Positions 27,478 through 37,640 are shown, counted from the stretch's first letter. The stretch: 64,000 bases of DNA from a bacterium (GCA_965204535.1 CBDBEV010000001.1:1920001-1984000), one strand, 5' to 3'. Notes: generated by a model not told the origin, from the sequence alone. Made by a program: numbers and translations.

Positions 27478-28389
27478 CTATTTCTTGTTTTCCCGCTCCA
27501 GGTAGGAGAGATACACGGCCGCACTGTCCAGTTCTCCATTGCCTGCGCGCGCGCCTTCCCTGTACAGCGGCGCGCATGCGTTGCCTACCGGCGTCACGGC
27601 GCCGTATCTCCTGGCCAGTCTGAGACCAAGCCCGATGTCCTTCCGGATGACGTTCAGGGTGCTCCGGGGACGGCGATACCGGCCCCGCACCATGATGCCG
27701 CCGTGGCCATGGAACCCACTCGAGTCGCCCGCGCGGCTTCTCTTGAGCGTATCGAACAAAAAATCTTTCCCGAATCCGCTGCGCATTCCCAGCCGGAGGC
27801 CTTCGGCGATGACGCAGCGCCCCATGGAGGTCATGTAGTTCACGACCACTTTCATCTTGGCCCCGGAACCCGACGGCCCGCAGTAAACCTGATCGGATAG
27901 CATTGTCTCCAGAAGCGGCGCCACCTTGTCGTAGGCTTTCCTGTTCCCGCCCACGAGAAACAAGCCTTCCCGATTCGCCACATGGTCGCTGTTGCCGCTC
28001 ACGCTGGCGTCCAGGTAGGGAATCCCCCTCTCCCGGCAAAGTCCAGCGTGTTTTTTCGAATCCTCCGGATCCGAAGTCGTCGTGTCGAGTATGACATCAG
28101 GCGCGGATTCGGGTGCGCAGGCCAGATAACCGTTTTTCCCACGTGCGGTCTGAAGGGATATCTTCGAATTGGGAACGGAGATGAATACCACCTCGGCTGC
28201 TTCGGCCACGTCCCGGGGCGATTCGAGGGCCTCTCCCCCCAGGCGCCTGAATTTCCGCACCGCCCCCGCCTGCACGTCAGTCCCTACGAGGCGATGACCG
28301 TCTGCAATGAGATTTTTGGAAAACGCCTGTCCCATAAGGCCCAGTCCGATGAAACCGATGGTTATTTTCGTGTTCTTCTTTTTGGGCAT
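27478..28389 (-). CDS. NAD(P)-dependent beta-hydroxyacid dehydrogenase family protein
   Basis: IGLGLMG, YLDASVSG, GSGAKMKVVVN. Confidence 0.9.
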   Translation of the reverse strand: MPKKKNTKITIGFIGLGLMGQAFSKNLIADGHRLVGTDVQAGAVRKFRRLGGEALESPRDVAEAAEVVFISVPNSKISLQTARGKNGYLACAPESAPDVILDTTTSDPEDSKKHAGLCRERGIPYLDASVSGNSDHVANREGLFLVGGNRKAYDKVAPLLETMLSDQVYCGPSGSGAKMKVVVNYMTSMGRCVIAEGLRLGMRSGFGKDFLFDTLKRSRAGDSSGFHGHGGIMVRGRYRRPRSTLNVIRKDIGLGLRLARRYGAVTPVGNACAPLYREGARAGNGELDSAAVYLSYLERENKK

Positions 28390-28446
28390 CTTGCCCCTCC
28401 CATTCAGTGATAATTTTGAAAAGTGCGAAGCAGGAGACGCGAGGGG

Positions 28447-29190
28447 CTACTCGCTCACGAGTTCCACTCTGTATCGGTGCTGGTCTCCGCGGTAATATAT
28501 CTGGGAGAATTCGACGGGTTCCCCGCTTTTGCTGTAGACGAAGGTTTCCACATACAAAACCGGCGCCAGGACGCCGATGGAAAGATGGTCGGCGACGTCG
28601 CTATCGGCGATGCGCGCTTCGAACGTCTGTTGAATCTTGCCCAGCGGGATATTCAGCCGACTCTTCAGGATGTGGAGCATGCTGCGGGTGCGGATATCTT
28701 CTTGCGGAATGTCTTCCGCGAGTTTTTGAGGCAGATAATTCATCACGTAGCAAAGGGGCGTTTCCTCCGCCATCCTCAAACGCTGAACCCTGGCCAACTT
28801 CTCCCCGTCGCCCAAGCCGAAGAATTTCTGAAGCCGGGCCGAAGCGTCTACCTCCTCCGTCGATATGACCCGCATGTCCTCACCGCCCGCGTCCTCCGCC
28901 CAGACGAGGCCGGTAAGTTGAATCATCTTCGATTTCACGCCCCCGTGGTTCACGAACGTGCCCTTACGTCGCTCGCGCGTCAGGAGCCCTTCTTTCTCCA
29001 GTATGGCGAGGGCTTGCCGCAGGGTGACCCGGCTGACGCCGAAATGCTTGGAAAGGTCCAGCTCCTTCGGGAGTTTCATGCCCGCGAACAGTTCTCCGCT
29101 TTCAATTTTGCCGCGCAGGTGATTCGCGATTTGGTAGTAGTAAGGGATGAACTCGTTCGAAAACGGTTTTTCGGCGATCAGTTCCCGCAT
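28447..29190 (-). CDS. GntR/HutC family regulator (wHTH plus UTRA)
   Basis: YYQIAN, LPKELDL, GVSRVTLRQAL, RRKGTFV, C-terminal UTRA-like YYRGDQHRY. Confidence 0.93.
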   Translation of the reverse strand: MRELIAEKPFSNEFIPYYYQIANHLRGKIESGELFAGMKLPKELDLSKHFGVSRVTLRQALAILEKEGLLTRERRKGTFVNHGGVKSKMIQLTGLVWAEDAGGEDMRVISTEEVDASARLQKFFGLGDGEKLARVQRLRMAEETPLCYVMNYLPQKLAEDIPQEDIRTRSMLHILKSRLNIPLGKIQQTFEARIADSDVADHLSIGVLAPVLYVETFVYSKSGEPVEFSQIYYRGDQHRYRVELVSE

Positions 29191-29302
29191 TCTCTCCTCG
29201 CTTTCACGTCCTCATAAACCAACGGGCTTCGGGCCTCAAGCAAGGCGCAAGTTTCACATATCGCAACATTGTTGAAAATGGTCATCTTCGAGAAAATTAC
29301 AC

Positions 29303-29337
29303 TTGCGGTTTCCAATGGTATTAAATATAATACCATT
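29303..29337 (+). promoter_or_regulatory. Sigma70-type promoter overlapped by a perfect palindromic operator
   Basis: TTGCGG (29303-29308)-N17-TATAAT (29326-29331); inverted repeat AATGGTATTA-N4-TAATACCATT (29314-29337). Confidence 0.75.
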
Positions 29338-29443
29338 ATTCAAGGTTTAATTGCTCATCTTGTTCAAGGCACCAGAGGCGAGAATTGTTTTCGTTGGTAG
29401 CGGGAATACATATTTCTTCGTTCACGCTTTGGGTGAGTTCCGT

Positions 29444-30196
29444 ATGAAACTCGAAGGACGCGCCGCGCTGGTCACAGGCGCAACGCGCGGCATCGGCAAA
29501 GCCATCGCCAACGCATTGGCGCGAGAGGGCGCTTCAGTCGCCGTGCACTACCACGCTGGCGAGGAGGCGGCGCAGGAGGCGGCGAAAACGATTCGAGAAG
29601 CAGGAGGAAGCGCTTTCTGCGTTCAGGCCGACGTGAGCCGGCATGACGAGGTGAAGCGCATGTTCGGGGAATGCGAGAAGCAGATGGGCGGCGTGGACAT
29701 ACTCGTCAATAACGCGAGGCAACTGGTGAAGGGCAGAGCCTTTCTGGAGATGAACTGGGAGGAGGACTACGAGCCCCAGATTCAGGTGATGCTCAAGGGT
29801 GCTTTCCATTGCTGCCAGGCGGCGCTGCCGGGCATGCGCGAAAAGGGTTGGGGCCGCATCGTCAACGTCTTGTCCACCGTGCTGGGCGAGAAGCGCGCAC
29901 GCACGAATTCCTACGGGGCCGTCAAGTCCGCCCTGCTCTATTTTTCGCAAAACCTGGCCGTGGAAATGGGTCCCTACGGGGTCACGGTCAACATGGTCTC
30001 GCCGGGCCTCACCGAAACGGAGCGGCCCATCCTCCATGCGGAGGATTACCAACGGGAATACATCGACGCCATCCCGATGAAGCGCCTCGGGCGCTCTGAG
30101 GATGTCGGGGGCGCCGTGGTGTTTTTTTGCAGCGATGAGGCCGCTTATGTGACGGGCGTGAACATGGCCGTCTCGGGCGGTAAAGTAATCTTTTAA
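29444..30196 (+). CDS. SDR family oxidoreductase (FabG-like)
   Basis: TGATRGIG, LVNNA, YGAVK; start ATG 29444. Confidence 0.92.
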   Translation: MKLEGRAALVTGATRGIGKAIANALAREGASVAVHYHAGEEAAQEAAKTIREAGGSAFCVQADVSRHDEVKRMFGECEKQMGGVDILVNNARQLVKGRAFLEMNWEEDYEPQIQVMLKGAFHCCQAALPGMREKGWGRIVNVLSTVLGEKRARTNSYGAVKSALLYFSQNLAVEMGPYGVTVNMVSPGLTETERPILHAEDYQREYIDAIPMKRLGRSEDVGGAVVFFCSDEAAYVTGVNMAVSGGKVIF

Positions 30197-30223
30197 CGGT
30201 ACGCAATACGAAGGAGAGAAAAG

Positions 30224-31366
30224 TTGGGATTTTCGACCAAAGAGCGTGACCGCCGCCACGCGAATCTAAGAGAGGAAATGGAGCGCGAGGGTCTGGACGT
30301 TCTCGTCGTCTACGGCAACAGCGGCCGCCAGGGGCCGCGCACGGGCAACCTGGCCTACGTCAGCAATTTCATCTCATTCTCCGGCCAGCAGATGCTGGTT
30401 TTCCCCCGTGAGGGAGAACCCGTGCTGTTCGTGGGGGTGGAGAACCAGCGAATCGAATCCCTGCGAAACGGCTGGATTTCCGACACCCGCTGCGAGGCCA
30501 TGACGCCCGTTCCGAAGCAGGCATGCAACCATCTGAACGAGATCACCACTTCCAGTTCCAGAATCGGTATCTCCTCGCTCGCCCTCATTCCCGTCGCCTG
30601 GCACCAGCAGCTTCAGGATCAGGTGAGCGCGGAAGAATGGGTGGAAGCGGGAGAACTCGTCTGGAAGCTGCGCCTCGTTCAAAGCGAAGAGGAAGTCGAA
30701 ATGTCGCGCCACGCGGCACGGCTTGGTGACAAGGTGTGGGATCACCTCTGCGGTTTCATACGTGAAGGAGTAACGGAACTCGACATGCGCGCCGAGATGG
30801 ACCGGGTGATCATCCCCGAAGGGGGAGTTGAGAACTTCAACATGATGGGCCTGGCGAGCATGGCTGACGGCGGCGAAGCGCCCTGGGGCTACGTGATTCC
30901 CCAGACAGATCGGCCCATCAAGCAGGGCGACGCCGTCTTGCTGGAAATCTCCCCGCGCGTTCGCGGGTACTGGAACCAGATCGTGCGGGTTCTGGCGCTG
31001 GGCGAGGCGGAAAAGTGGCTGGTCGACGCCCACCAGGTGGTGCGCGAGGCGCGCGACGCCTCGCTGGAGCACATGAAGCCGGGAGAGCCGATGGTCGGCA
31101 TGGTCACGGCGATGAACGACGTTTTCGAAAAACACGGCTACGAGGTATGGCCCTACGGCCTGGTGCACCTCACGGGCTTGGACCTCACGGATTACATGAT
31201 CACGCCGGTATCCGAGGGAGAACTGCAGCCCGGAATGGTGGTGACGACGCATCCCATGTTCAACCTGGGACCCAACCGCCAGATTTTCTGGGGTGAAACC
31301 TATCTGGTCACGGACGATGGCTATGAACCGCTAAACACAAGTACGGATGAATTGGTTTGTCTTTGA
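30224..31366 (+). CDS. M24 (creatinase/prolidase-fold) protein with altered metal ligands
   Basis: Creatinase_N-like N-terminus and pita-bread domain, but LEISP / GYWNQ / VHLTG / THP / GET in place of D-D-H-E-E. Confidence 0.8.
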   Translation: MGFSTKERDRRHANLREEMEREGLDVLVVYGNSGRQGPRTGNLAYVSNFISFSGQQMLVFPREGEPVLFVGVENQRIESLRNGWISDTRCEAMTPVPKQACNHLNEITTSSSRIGISSLALIPVAWHQQLQDQVSAEEWVEAGELVWKLRLVQSEEEVEMSRHAARLGDKVWDHLCGFIREGVTELDMRAEMDRVIIPEGGVENFNMMGLASMADGGEAPWGYVIPQTDRPIKQGDAVLLEISPRVRGYWNQIVRVLALGEAEKWLVDAHQVVREARDASLEHMKPGEPMVGMVTAMNDVFEKHGYEVWPYGLVHLTGLDLTDYMITPVSEGELQPGMVVTTHPMFNLGPNRQIFWGETYLVTDDGYEPLNTSTDELVCL

Positions 31367-31404
31367 CGGCTTGTTTGATTCTTACCTAAGAGGAGGAACA
31401 AGAG

Positions 31405-32919
31405 ATGAAAAGGCTTTGGCTCTGGATGGTTGTTCTATCGCTGTTGCTGTTCCCCGTGGGAGTGAAGGCGGCGCCCAAGGGGAAGGTGGTGCTGGGTATG
31501 GCCGGCGCGCTGACGACGTTCGATCCGCACACCTTCAGTTCCCTGCCGATTTCGATGCACCATCCGAATGTTTTCGAGACGCTGCTCGCGCGCGCGCCCG
31601 ACGGCTCCATGACGAACCAGCTCGCCGAGAGCTACAAGATGGTGGAGCCTACGGTTTGGGAGTTCAAGCTCAGGAAGGGCGTGAAGTTCAGCAATGGCGA
31701 CCCCGTGAACGCGGCGGCCGTCAAGTTCAGCTTCGAGCGGATTCTCGACCCCAAGATGAAATCAAGGCAGTACCGCTACTTCAAGAGTATGGCGAAACTG
31801 GAAGTGGTCGATGAGCATACGGTCCGGATTCACACGAAAAAACCCGACCCCATGCTCCCGCCGTTCCTGGCGATCTACGGCTTCATCGTGCCGCCCGACT
31901 ACTACAAGAAACACGACAAGAAACACCTCTCGCGCAATCCCGTGGGCAGCGGGCCCTTCGTGATGAAGAAATGGCGCAAGGGACAGGAAGTCGTCTACGA
32001 GGCGAACCCCAATGCCTGGAGAAAACCCAGGGTGAAGACGGCGGTCGTGAAGTTTATCCCCGAGTCCACCACGCGCGTCTCCGCGCTCATCTCGGGTGAC
32101 GTGGATGTCATTGACAACCTGCCCCCGGCTTTGAGCGAACGCGTCCGGGCGGGCGGCAAAACGGACGTCATCGCCAAGCAGTCGCCGCGCACGAACTACA
32201 TCCTGATGGTGATCAAAGAGGGCGCGCCCTGGATGGACGTGCGGGTCCGCAGGGCCATGAACCTGGCGATCAACCGCGAAGCCATCACCAAGAACGTGAT
32301 GATGGGCTTCGCCAAGTCGGTGGCGATCATTCAGGGTCCCGCGAGCTTCGGCTTCAACCCCGAACTCAAGCCCTATCCCTACGATCCCGCCCAGGCGAAG
32401 AAACTGCTCGCCGAAGCCGGGTTCGCGAAAGGATTCTCCTTCGACGTGTACATCCCCCGCGGACGCTTCATGATGGGCAAGGAAGCGCTCGAGGGCATCG
32501 CCGGCCAGTGGGCGAAAGTCGGCCTCAAGGCGAACGTTCGCGTGATGGAATGGGGCGCGATGAAGAAGATCATCTTCAGCAAGTACAAGAAAAACGTGAA
32601 ACCGTTCCTGTACTATCTGGCGCGGATGAACACGGCCTTCAGCGCAGAGCACATGTTCGCCGGCGCGATCAGCAGCCGCTCGGCCTACGGCGGATTCCGC
32701 GACAAAGCCGTGGACACGATGATCAACGACGCGCGCTCGACGCTCGACAACAAGTCGCGGGAGAAAAAATATCAGGAAATCGCCCGCGTTCTGCGTCACG
32801 AGAAGGTGCCGATCGTTCCGCTGTATCAGACTTTCCGCATCTTCGGCGCGAACAAGAAGATAGACTGGAAACCGCGCGCCGATGGAAAGCTGATAGCTGC
32901 CGAGGTCGGCCTCAAGTAG
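31405..32919 (+). CDS. ABC transporter substrate-binding protein (DppA/family 5)
   Basis: Signal peptide; FKLRKGVKFSNG, PVGSGPF, VRRAMNLAINR. Confidence 0.93.
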   Translation: MKRLWLWMVVLSLLLFPVGVKAAPKGKVVLGMAGALTTFDPHTFSSLPISMHHPNVFETLLARAPDGSMTNQLAESYKMVEPTVWEFKLRKGVKFSNGDPVNAAAVKFSFERILDPKMKSRQYRYFKSMAKLEVVDEHTVRIHTKKPDPMLPPFLAIYGFIVPPDYYKKHDKKHLSRNPVGSGPFVMKKWRKGQEVVYEANPNAWRKPRVKTAVVKFIPESTTRVSALISGDVDVIDNLPPALSERVRAGGKTDVIAKQSPRTNYILMVIKEGAPWMDVRVRRAMNLAINREAITKNVMMGFAKSVAIIQGPASFGFNPELKPYPYDPAQAKKLLAEAGFAKGFSFDVYIPRGRFMMGKEALEGIAGQWAKVGLKANVRVMEWGAMKKIIFSKYKKNVKPFLYYLARMNTAFSAEHMFAGAISSRSAYGGFRDKAVDTMINDARSTLDNKSREKKYQEIARVLRHEKVPIVPLYQTFRIFGANKKIDWKPRADGKLIAAEVGLK

Positions 32920-32947
32920 GAGCGATTCTATCATTCGAAGCGAAACT

Positions 32948-32982
32948 CCGGCCGGGGCGTGAATCAACCACGCCCTGGCCGG
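32948..32982 (+). terminator. GC-rich hairpin after the SBP gene (terminator or mRNA-stabilising stem)
   Basis: CCGGCCGGGGCGTG-N7-CACGCCCTGGCCGG followed by TGATTTTCATTT. Confidence 0.6.
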
Positions 32983-33017
32983 TGATTTTCATTTAACGTC
33001 TGCCGCTGGGTGGCTCA

Positions 33018-33935
33018 ATGGCCGGATATGTCGTCAAGCGCTTGATTCAGGCAATCGTCCTCCTCAAGTGCGTCATGATCATCGTGTTTCTCCTGCTTCA
33101 CATGACGGGCGACCCCGTTCTGGTGATGCTCGATACGGATGCGACCCACGAAGACATCGAACATTTGAGAAAACTCATGGGGTTCGACCAGCCGCTCTAC
33201 GTGCAGTACGGGCGGTTTTTCAAAAACGCCCTGCAGGGGAATTTCGGCGAATCCACCGAACACGGCGAATCGGCCATGGGTCTCGTTCTGGAGCATTTCC
33301 CGGCGACGATAGAGATGGCGGTCGGCGCCTTCGCCTTCGCCGTGCTCATCGGGATTCCCTTCGGCTGCCTGGCGGCATTCAGAGAGGGTTCGACCTACGA
33401 CAAGGGCTGCGTAGGCATCACGGTGCTGATGCAGGCGGTTCCCGATTTCTGGCTGGCGATCATGTTCATCATGTTCTTCTCGGTGACGCTGGGGCTTCTG
33501 CCCTCCTTCGGTCGCGGCGGGTGGGAGCATTTCATCATGCCGGCTTTCGCCGCCTCCACATATCACCTCGCCCGGCTCGCAAGGCTCATGCGCTCCCAGA
33601 TGCTCGAAGTGCTTCGCCAAGACTACATCACCACGGCGCGGGCGAAGGGGTTGAGCGAAAAAATCGTGCTCATGGTGCACGCGCTCAAGAACTCCTCGAT
33701 TCCCATCGTGACCGTCATGGGGCTGGATTTGGGCATTCTTCTCGGTGGAACCGTGATCATCGAGGTCGTTTTCGCCTGGCCGGGGGTCGGGCGGCTGGTG
33801 GTCGATTCGATCGCGAACCGTGATTTCCCGATCGTCCAGGCCGCCGTGTTTCTGCTGGCGTCGGGGTTCGTGATCATCAATCTGGCGGTGGACCTCGTCT
33901 ACGCCTATCTCGACCCGCGGATAACGTACGAATGA
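33018..33935 (+). CDS. ABC transporter permease (DppB-like)
   Basis: DYITTARAKGL EAA loop, VFAWPGVG, RDFPIVQ. Confidence 0.93.
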   Translation: MAGYVVKRLIQAIVLLKCVMIIVFLLLHMTGDPVLVMLDTDATHEDIEHLRKLMGFDQPLYVQYGRFFKNALQGNFGESTEHGESAMGLVLEHFPATIEMAVGAFAFAVLIGIPFGCLAAFREGSTYDKGCVGITVLMQAVPDFWLAIMFIMFFSVTLGLLPSFGRGGWEHFIMPAFAASTYHLARLARLMRSQMLEVLRQDYITTARAKGLSEKIVLMVHALKNSSIPIVTVMGLDLGILLGGTVIIEVVFAWPGVGRLVVDSIANRDFPIVQAAVFLLASGFVIINLAVDLVYAYLDPRITYE

Positions 33936-34837
33936 GAGAACAAGCGCTCGCGATTCAGGAAACGATGGAACTCGAAGCGCTCCCGGAGCGCCCGAGGGTA
34001 TGGGCATCGCTTTGGAAGGATAAATCCGCACTCCTGGGCTGCGTGATCCTTCTCTCCGTGGTGGTGATGGCTGTCTTCGCGCCGCTGCTGGCTCCCATGG
34101 ACCCCCAGGCCCAACTCCTGGACAGAAACCTGAAACCGCCCATGTGGTCGGACGGCCAGCAAATCTACCTGCTCGGCACGGACCACCTGGGGCGGGACTT
34201 CCTGAGCCGCCTCATCTACGGCGCGCGCATCTCGCTGCTGGTGGGTTTTTTCGCTGTCTTGCTCACGGGATGCTTCGGTCTCTGCGTGGGACTGGTGGCG
34301 GGTTATTTCGGCGGAAAAGTGGATTTCCTGCTCATGCGGCTCGTGGACCTGGTGCTCTCGTTTCCGTTCATCCTGCTGGCCCTGGCGACCATCGCCATCG
34401 TGGGGCCGAGCCTCGTCGTGCTCATACTCGTGATGTCGATGCGCATCTGGGTCATCTACGCCCGCGTCGTGCGCGGCGAGGTGCTCACGCTGCGCGAGCA
34501 GGAGTTCGTCCAGGCGGCGCGGAGCATCGGCGGAAGTCATTTCCGCATCATCGTCCGCCATATTCTCCCAAACGTGTTGGCCCCCGTCATCATTATCGCC
34601 TCCCTGTATCTGGGGCGTATGATCATCATCGAGGCGGGCCTGAGCTTTCTGGGTCTCGGCGTGCCGCCGCCCACGCCCACCTGGGGCGGTCTGCTGAGCG
34701 ACGGGAAGGTGCACCTCTACACCTCCTGGTGGGTCGTCACTTTGCCCGGCCTGGCGATTACGGTGACGGTTCTGGGGGCGAACCTCGTGGGCGACTGGTT
34801 GAGAAACGTGCTGGACCCGCGTTTGAAATCGGTGTGA
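33932..34837 (+). CDS. ABC transporter permease (DppC-like)
   Basis: LGTDHLGRD, EFVQAARSIG, RHILPN, LSFLGLG. Confidence 0.93.
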   Translation: MREQALAIQETMELEALPERPRVWASLWKDKSALLGCVILLSVVVMAVFAPLLAPMDPQAQLLDRNLKPPMWSDGQQIYLLGTDHLGRDFLSRLIYGARISLLVGFFAVLLTGCFGLCVGLVAGYFGGKVDFLLMRLVDLVLSFPFILLALATIAIVGPSLVVLILVMSMRIWVIYARVVRGEVLTLREQEFVQAARSIGGSHFRIIVRHILPNVLAPVIIIASLYLGRMIIIEAGLSFLGLGVPPPTPTWGGLLSDGKVHLYTSWWVVTLPGLAITVTVLGANLVGDWLRNVLDPRLKSV

Positions 34838-34866
34838 GTTCGTTACGGAATGAGGAGAGAATATAG

Positions 34867-35898
34867 ATGAGCGATCCGTTGAGAGTGGCCGTGGTCGGGC
34901 TGGGCCGCTGGGGCAACACACTGGCGTCCTACATCGAGAGAACGCCCGGGATGAAGATCACCACGTGCTTCACCCGAACGCCCGAAAAACGAAAGGCGTT
35001 CAGCGAAAAATTTTCATGCGGCGAGGAGGCGAGCTACGAGGCGGTGGTGCGTCACCCCGAGGTGGACGCCGTCGTTATCGCGGCGCCCAACAACAAGCAC
35101 GCCGAACTCGCGATGGCGGCAGCCGAGCAAGGGAAGCACGTGCTCGTCGACAAGCCGATCGCCGCCTCCATCCCGGATGCCAAAAAGATGATCCGCGCGT
35201 GTGAGGACGCAGGCGTCACCTTGGGCGTAGGCGCGAGTTCGAGATGGCTCCGGGGCCATCGCCTCTTCAAGCAACTGCTCGATGAGGGAACCATCGGCAC
35301 CCTGGCGATGGCCGAGACCAACTACTCGAACGACCGGGGGCTTCACTACACGCCGGACAACTGGCAATGGTACGCGGAAGGCTCCCCCGGCGGCCCGCTC
35401 CTCCAGGTGGCCATACACCAGGTGGACAACCTCTTGTATCTCTACGGGCCGATAAAGCGCGCGTCGGCGGCCTTCAGCAAAATAAAGACAAAATCGGAAA
35501 TTCCCGACGTGAGCGTCGTGTGGTTCGAGTTCGAGTCCGGCCTTCTCGGCACCCTGGGAACGAGCTTCATCAGCCCGCGCACGCCGAACGGACGTTACAC
35601 CTACTTCATGAACGCCTACGGGGATGAGGCGAACCTCTACCACGACAGGTGGGAGGGCATCAAAATCCTGCGGCCGGACGGGGAGAAGCGCGAAGAGATC
35701 CCCTACGAGGAATACCCCAGGCAGGATTACCTGATAGAAGAATTCAAGGATTTCGAAGGCGCCGTCCGGGAAGGCCGCCCGCCGGAGGTGGGCGGAGCCG
35801 AAGGACTCCACGTGCTCGGCGCCGTGTGGGCGGCCATGCGCTCATGGGAGCGCGGCGAGCCCGTGGAAGTGGCGGAGGTGCTCGAAGAAAACGAATAG
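34867..35898 (+). CDS. Gfo/Idh/MocA family oxidoreductase
   Basis: VGLGRWG, HVLVDKP, AIHQVD. Confidence 0.9.
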   Translation: MSDPLRVAVVGLGRWGNTLASYIERTPGMKITTCFTRTPEKRKAFSEKFSCGEEASYEAVVRHPEVDAVVIAAPNNKHAELAMAAAEQGKHVLVDKPIAASIPDAKKMIRACEDAGVTLGVGASSRWLRGHRLFKQLLDEGTIGTLAMAETNYSNDRGLHYTPDNWQWYAEGSPGGPLLQVAIHQVDNLLYLYGPIKRASAAFSKIKTKSEIPDVSVVWFEFESGLLGTLGTSFISPRTPNGRYTYFMNAYGDEANLYHDRWEGIKILRPDGEKREEIPYEEYPRQDYLIEEFKDFEGAVREGRPPEVGGAEGLHVLGAVWAAMRSWERGEPVEVAEVLEENE

Positions 35899-35952
35899 AC
35901 GCGAATGGCTCCGGCGGGGTAGACCCGCCCATCACTGGAAGGAAGGAGACCC

Positions 35953-37230
35953 ATGTACGACTACCGAATGACGGATGAGCAAAAAGAGTATCAGAGGATC
36001 GCGCATGAATTCGCGCGGGACGAAATCCGGCCCATCAGCCTGGAACTGGATCACAAGGAAGACCCGCTGGATTGCGCCTACATGCCCCATCTTCTCGAAA
36101 AACTCGACAAGACGGGACTGAGGACGATGAGCATCCCGAAGGAATACGGCGGCGGCGGCGTGAACGACCTGCTCACGCACTGCATCGTGGGCGAGGAGAT
36201 CTCCTGGGGCGACAGGGGCGCCACGGGGTTCATGCTCTCTTCCACGAAGATCTCCCACATCCTGAGCAGTGAACTCCTCGGAAACCCGGAGTTGGCGGAC
36301 TACTGGATGCGCGAGTACGTGAGCGACCCCACGTTCCTCATCGGCACGGCCACGACCGAGCCGCAATCGGGTTCCGAGAACCAGCTCCCCTACAACGGGG
36401 CGGACGGCGGATACCAGACCACCGCCGTGCTCGACGGCGACAACTACATCGTGAACGGCAAGAAGCACTTCATCTCCAACGTCGGATGGGCGCGGCTCAT
36501 GTTCACGTTCGTGCGCACGAACGCAGACGTGGGCGTCGAGCAGGGCGCTTCCCTCCTCATGGTGCCGACGGACGCACCCGGCGTGAAGATGGGTAAGGTC
36601 CACAACAAGATGGGCTACCGCCTGAACCAGAACGCGGAGATCATCTTCGAGGACGCGATAATCCCCGCCAAGTACCGCCTGGGTCCCGAGAACTGCGGCG
36701 TCTCCTATATCCGGCGCCACCTGCGCGGCGACGCCCTCATCAACGCGGCGGGCCAGATTGGCGTGGCGCGCGCGGCGTATGAGAAATCCCTCGAATTCGC
36801 GCAAAACCGCAAACAGAGCGGACGCCCCATTGCGCACCACCAGTCGGTCGGCATCAAGCTCGTCGACATGTACACGAAAATCCAGGCGGCGCGCGCCTAC
36901 GTGCACTACGCGGCATGGCGTCAGGACATGCGCCACGAGATTCCCATCGATCCGCCCATGACGCTCACCGCCAGCGCCTTCGCGCACGAGATCTCCTGCG
37001 ACGTCACGAAGATGGCGATGGAAATTCACGCGGGCGTGGGCGTTCAGCGCGAGAATTTTCTCGAAAAATGGTTCCGCGACACGCACAACATGCTTTTCTC
37101 GAGCGACGGCGGAAACAACATGAAGAAGGTGCGCGCGATGTACGCCATCACGGGCGAGTGGGGCGCGCGCAGCGAGGAGGAAAACCCCGTGCCCGGCGGC
37201 GCATACGTTGCGGTCGGAGACGGCCTCTAG
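35953..37230 (+). CDS. Acyl-CoA dehydrogenase family protein
   Basis: IPKEYGGGG, TEPQSGS, NGKKHFISN, KMGYR, R-K-Q-SGRPI, EKWFRD. Confidence 0.9.
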   Translation: MYDYRMTDEQKEYQRIAHEFARDEIRPISLELDHKEDPLDCAYMPHLLEKLDKTGLRTMSIPKEYGGGGVNDLLTHCIVGEEISWGDRGATGFMLSSTKISHILSSELLGNPELADYWMREYVSDPTFLIGTATTEPQSGSENQLPYNGADGGYQTTAVLDGDNYIVNGKKHFISNVGWARLMFTFVRTNADVGVEQGASLLMVPTDAPGVKMGKVHNKMGYRLNQNAEIIFEDAIIPAKYRLGPENCGVSYIRRHLRGDALINAAGQIGVARAAYEKSLEFAQNRKQSGRPIAHHQSVGIKLVDMYTKIQAARAYVHYAAWRQDMRHEIPIDPPMTLTASAFAHEISCDVTKMAMEIHAGVGVQRENFLEKWFRDTHNMLFSSDGGNNMKKVRAMYAITGEWGARSEEENPVPGGAYVAVGDGL

Positions 37231-37259
37231 ACCCCATCACCAGCAAGGGAGGAAAAAGG

Positions 37260-37640
37260 GTGGCCTCACGAACCCATCACGTGCACCACGTCGCCAAGGA
37301 TCCGCAGGCGGCGGCGGATTTTTACATCAACCATTTCGGCGGCGAGTTGTTCACGCCGGAGATCGAATACCGCGGCTCCCCCTACATCAGCGTCATGCTG
37401 GGCGAGGTGGAGATACGCATTCGCGGCTTAAGGGCCGATGAAGACGATTCCATGGCCAAGGTGGGCCGCGGACTGCACCACTTCGGAATCCAGGTGGAAG
37501 GCATCGACGAAGTGGCGCAGCGCCTGGAGAAAGCCGGCGTCGTCTTCACGAAAAAACCGGGAGACGGCGTTCTGGGTTCGCGCACGGCCTTCATCATCGC
37601 GCCCGATAACGTCGTGATCGAACTGGTGGAAGAACCTTAA
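37260..37640 (+). CDS. VOC/glyoxalase family protein
   Basis: GTG start after GGAGG; HHVHH, GLHHFGIQV, AFIIAPDNVVIELVE. Confidence 0.85.
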   Translation: MASRTHHVHHVAKDPQAAADFYINHFGGELFTPEIEYRGSPYISVMLGEVEIRIRGLRADEDDSMAKVGRGLHHFGIQVEGIDEVAQRLEKAGVVFTKKPGDGVLGSRTAFIIAPDNVVIELVEEP

